Positions 61,468 to 64,000 of a stretch of DNA of 64,000 bases are shown in pieces. A program made the translations under genes and the position numbers. Origin of the DNA: the human T2T-CHM13v2.0 reference genome, Homo sapiens. The DNA lies in NCBI RefSeq assembly GCF_009914755.1, contig NC_060941.1; one strand, written 5' to 3'. The notes under the pieces were generated by a model that was not told where the DNA came from, ran no database searches, and worked only from the letters and a program-made list of their open reading frames with translations. Within the stretch, counting starts at the first letter, position 1. Each line of letters begins with the position of its first letter.

Positions 61468-62954
61468 GCTCTCCCTCTCCCTCTCCCCACGGTCTCCCTC
61501 TCATGCTGAGCCGAGGCTGGACTGTGCTGCTGCCATCTCGGCTCGCTGCAGCCTCCCTGCCTGATTCTCCTGACTCAGCCTGCCCAGTGCCTGCGATTGC
61601 AGGCTCGCGCCGCCACGCCTGACTGGTTTTGGTGGAGACGGGGTTTTGCTGTGTTGCCCAGGCCAGTCTCCAGCCCCTAACCGCAAGTGATCCGCCAGCC
61701 TCGGCCTCCCGAGGTGCCGGGATTGCAGACGGAGTCTCATTCACTCAGTGCTCAATGGTGCCCAGGCTGGAGTGCAGTGGCGTGATCTCGGCTCGCTACA
61801 ACCTCCACCGCCCAGCCGCCTGCCTTGGCCTCCCAAGGTGCCGAGATTGCAGCCTCTGCCCGGCCGCCACCCCGTCTGGGAAGTGAGGAGCGTCTCTGCC
61901 TGGCCGCCCATCATCTGGGATGTGAGGAGCCCCTCTGCCTGGCTGCCCAGTCTGGAAAGTGAGGAGCGTCTCCGCCCGGCTGCCATCCCACCTAGGAAGT
62001 GAGGAACACCTCTTCCCGGCCGCCCATCGTCTGAGATGTGGGGAGCGCCTCTGCCCCGCCGCCCCATCTGGGATGTGAGGAGCGCCTCTGCCCGGCCGAG
62101 ACCCCGTCTGGGAGGTGAGGAGCGTCTCTGCCTGGCCGCCCCGTCTGAGAAGTGAGGAGACCCTCTGCCCGGCAACCGCCCCGTCTGAGAAGTGAGGAGC
62201 CTCTCCGCCCGGCAGCCACCCCGTCCGGGAGGGAGGTGGGGGCGGTCAGCCCCCGCCAGGCCAGCCGCCCCGTCCAGGAGGGAGGTGGGGGGTCAGCCCC
62301 CCGCCCGGCCAGCCGCCCCGTCCGGGAGGTGAGGGGCGCCTCTGCCCAGCCGCCCCTACTGGGAAGTGAGGAGCCCCTCTGCCCGGCCACCACCCCGTCT
62401 GGGAGGTGTGCCCAGCAGCTCATTGAGAGCGGGCCAGGATGACAGTGGCGGCTTTGTGGAATGGAGAGGCGGGAGGGGTGGGGAAGGGATTGAGAAATCG
62501 GATGGTTGCCGTGTCTGTGTAGAAAGAAGTAGACATGGGAGACTTTTCATTTTGTTCTGTACTAAGAAAACTTCTTCTGCCTTGGGATCCTGTTGATCTG
62601 TGACCTTACCCCCAGCCCTGTGCTCTCTGAAACATGTGCTGTGTCCACTCAGGGTTGAATGGATTAAGGGCGGTGCAAGATGTGCTTTGTTAAACAGATG
62701 CTTGAAGGCAGCATGCTCGTTAAGAGTCATCACCACTCCCTAATCTCAAGTACCCAGGGACACAAACACTGCCGAAGGCCGGAAGGCCTCAGGGTCCTCT
62801 GCCTAGGAAAACCAGAGACCTTTGTTCACTTGTTTATCTGCTGACCTTCCCTCCACTATTGTCCTATGACCCTGCCAAGTCCCCCTCTGTGAGAAACACC
62901 CAAGAATTATCAATAAAAAATAAATAAATTAAAAAAAAATAAAAAATAAAAAAT
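61468..62954 (+). mobile_element. SVA retrotransposon, apparently full length (SVA_D/E-like), antisense to DNAH17
   Basis: CCCTCT hexamers, Alu-like domain, GC-rich VNTR (~61850-62410), SINE-R, AATAAA plus polyA; 15-bp TSD AAAACCTCACTTATC at 61453-61467 and 62955-62969 in TT/AAAA context. Confidence 0.96.
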
Positions 62955-63133
62955 AAAACCTCACTTATCTTGATGCCTGAGTTTCTGGCAGCCTCTTAAA
63001 CGTTGAGCCCAAGGCGGACGCCTCACTTGGCTCACCCTAATCCCAGCGCCCTTTTCTCCCAGGGAGCCAGCCCTTGGGCCTGTCCTTGTCCTCTGGGCTC
63101 TACACTCAGGCAGAGGTGGCCTCAGTGACTCAC

Positions 63134-63295
63134 CGGAATCCCCTCAGTCTCCTCCAGGAAGCGGGCACTGACGGACACCAGCGCATCTTCCGGCCACTCG
63201 TGGAACCAGTCGATGGCCGTGCAGTTGACCACAGCTGGGAACTTTCTGGCTCGTACCCGCAGCACGGAGCCCACAGGGGAGAAACACAGGATCAC
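63134..63295 (-). CDS. DNAH17: DNAH17 ex56 (AAA4); gene continues beyond the window end
   Basis: 162 nt; [54 protein letters not shown]. Confidence 0.96.
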
Positions 63296-64000
63296 CTGGG
63301 TGTGGGAGACACAGATGCGCTGCCTACTGGGACTGCAGTGCTGGGGCCTAATCCATCACTCTGCAGAAAGCTCTGCCAGAAAGCAACGCGCCCTGCCGGG
63401 CTCAGCCGCCCAGGGCCTGGGCAGCACAGTCCTGGTTCTGGGTTTGAAGGGCGGCCGCTGCATTGCCGTGGATAAATGCTCATCTGGCTTCATGCCTCTC
63501 GCTAGCAGTCCCAATCCCTCTGGAAGGGGCCCTTGCCTCTCTAAAAAAGGCCGGGCAAAGGAAGGAATGGGGAGTGGGCATCCACATTGGGCAGATGAGG
63601 CCCCAGAACGGGCCGGGCTCCCAAGCCCTTCGGTTCAGCAGGAAGGGTCCCCGCTGGGCCCTGAGGGATAGTGGCTAATTCCCAGAAAGGGCAGGGAGTC
63701 CCTGGGATCCCAGCTGGAGAAGGTGCTGTGGAGACAGGCCTGGGGGGCTCTCTGGCTAGATAAGGACCTCCCTTGTAATGGGTCTCAGCCTCCCAGCTGC
63801 TCTTGCTCTCTAGTCCCCTTTCGTGGCATAGGTGTTGCACGGACGCTGCCATTGAATGGGGTGGCTCACTGCTTAGCTGACTTTGCACCCCTCACTGCGT
63901 GATGACGTGAGGGTGCAGGACAGAGCCGGCACTGGCAGGGCACCAAAGAGGATCCAGGAGCAGGCAGCACCTATCAGGGGATGCCTTTGGCTCACAGATA

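Noticed and set aside
61463-62736. ORFs inside the SVA
   Set aside because: SVA is non-coding; its GC-rich VNTR simply lacks stop codons.

Overview
Primate (very likely human, 17q25.3-type) genomic DNA containing the convergent, overlapping 3' ends of two genes. On the + strand are the last two coding exons and the non-coding terminal exon of PGS1 (phosphatidylglycerophosphate synthase 1). On the - strand are the last 26 coding exons of DNAH17 (axonemal dynein heavy chain; 4611 nt, 1536 aa plus stop). I checked that all 26 exons splice in frame; they cover the end of AAA4, the stalk/MTBD, AAA5, AAA6 and the C-terminal domain. Introns are dense with Alus, old L1/MER/MaLR fragments, one apparently full-length SVA with a target-site duplication, and several tandem repeats. 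I found no clearly new protein-coding system, and the long low-complexity ORFs are repeat artefacts. The best leads are: (1) a 34-bp minisatellite that builds a splice acceptor followed by eight tandem CAG|GTATGT donors next to UG-rich sequence; (2) an SVA with clustered A-to-G differences; (3) a 1046-nt pure-purine GGA tract; (4) interlocked PGS1/DNAH17 splice signals; (5) a GC donor and a GAG acceptor in DNAH17. Exon numbers assume 10 exons for PGS1 and 81 for DNAH17 (recalled, not verifiable here). Repeat boundaries and families are approximate and assigned by eye.
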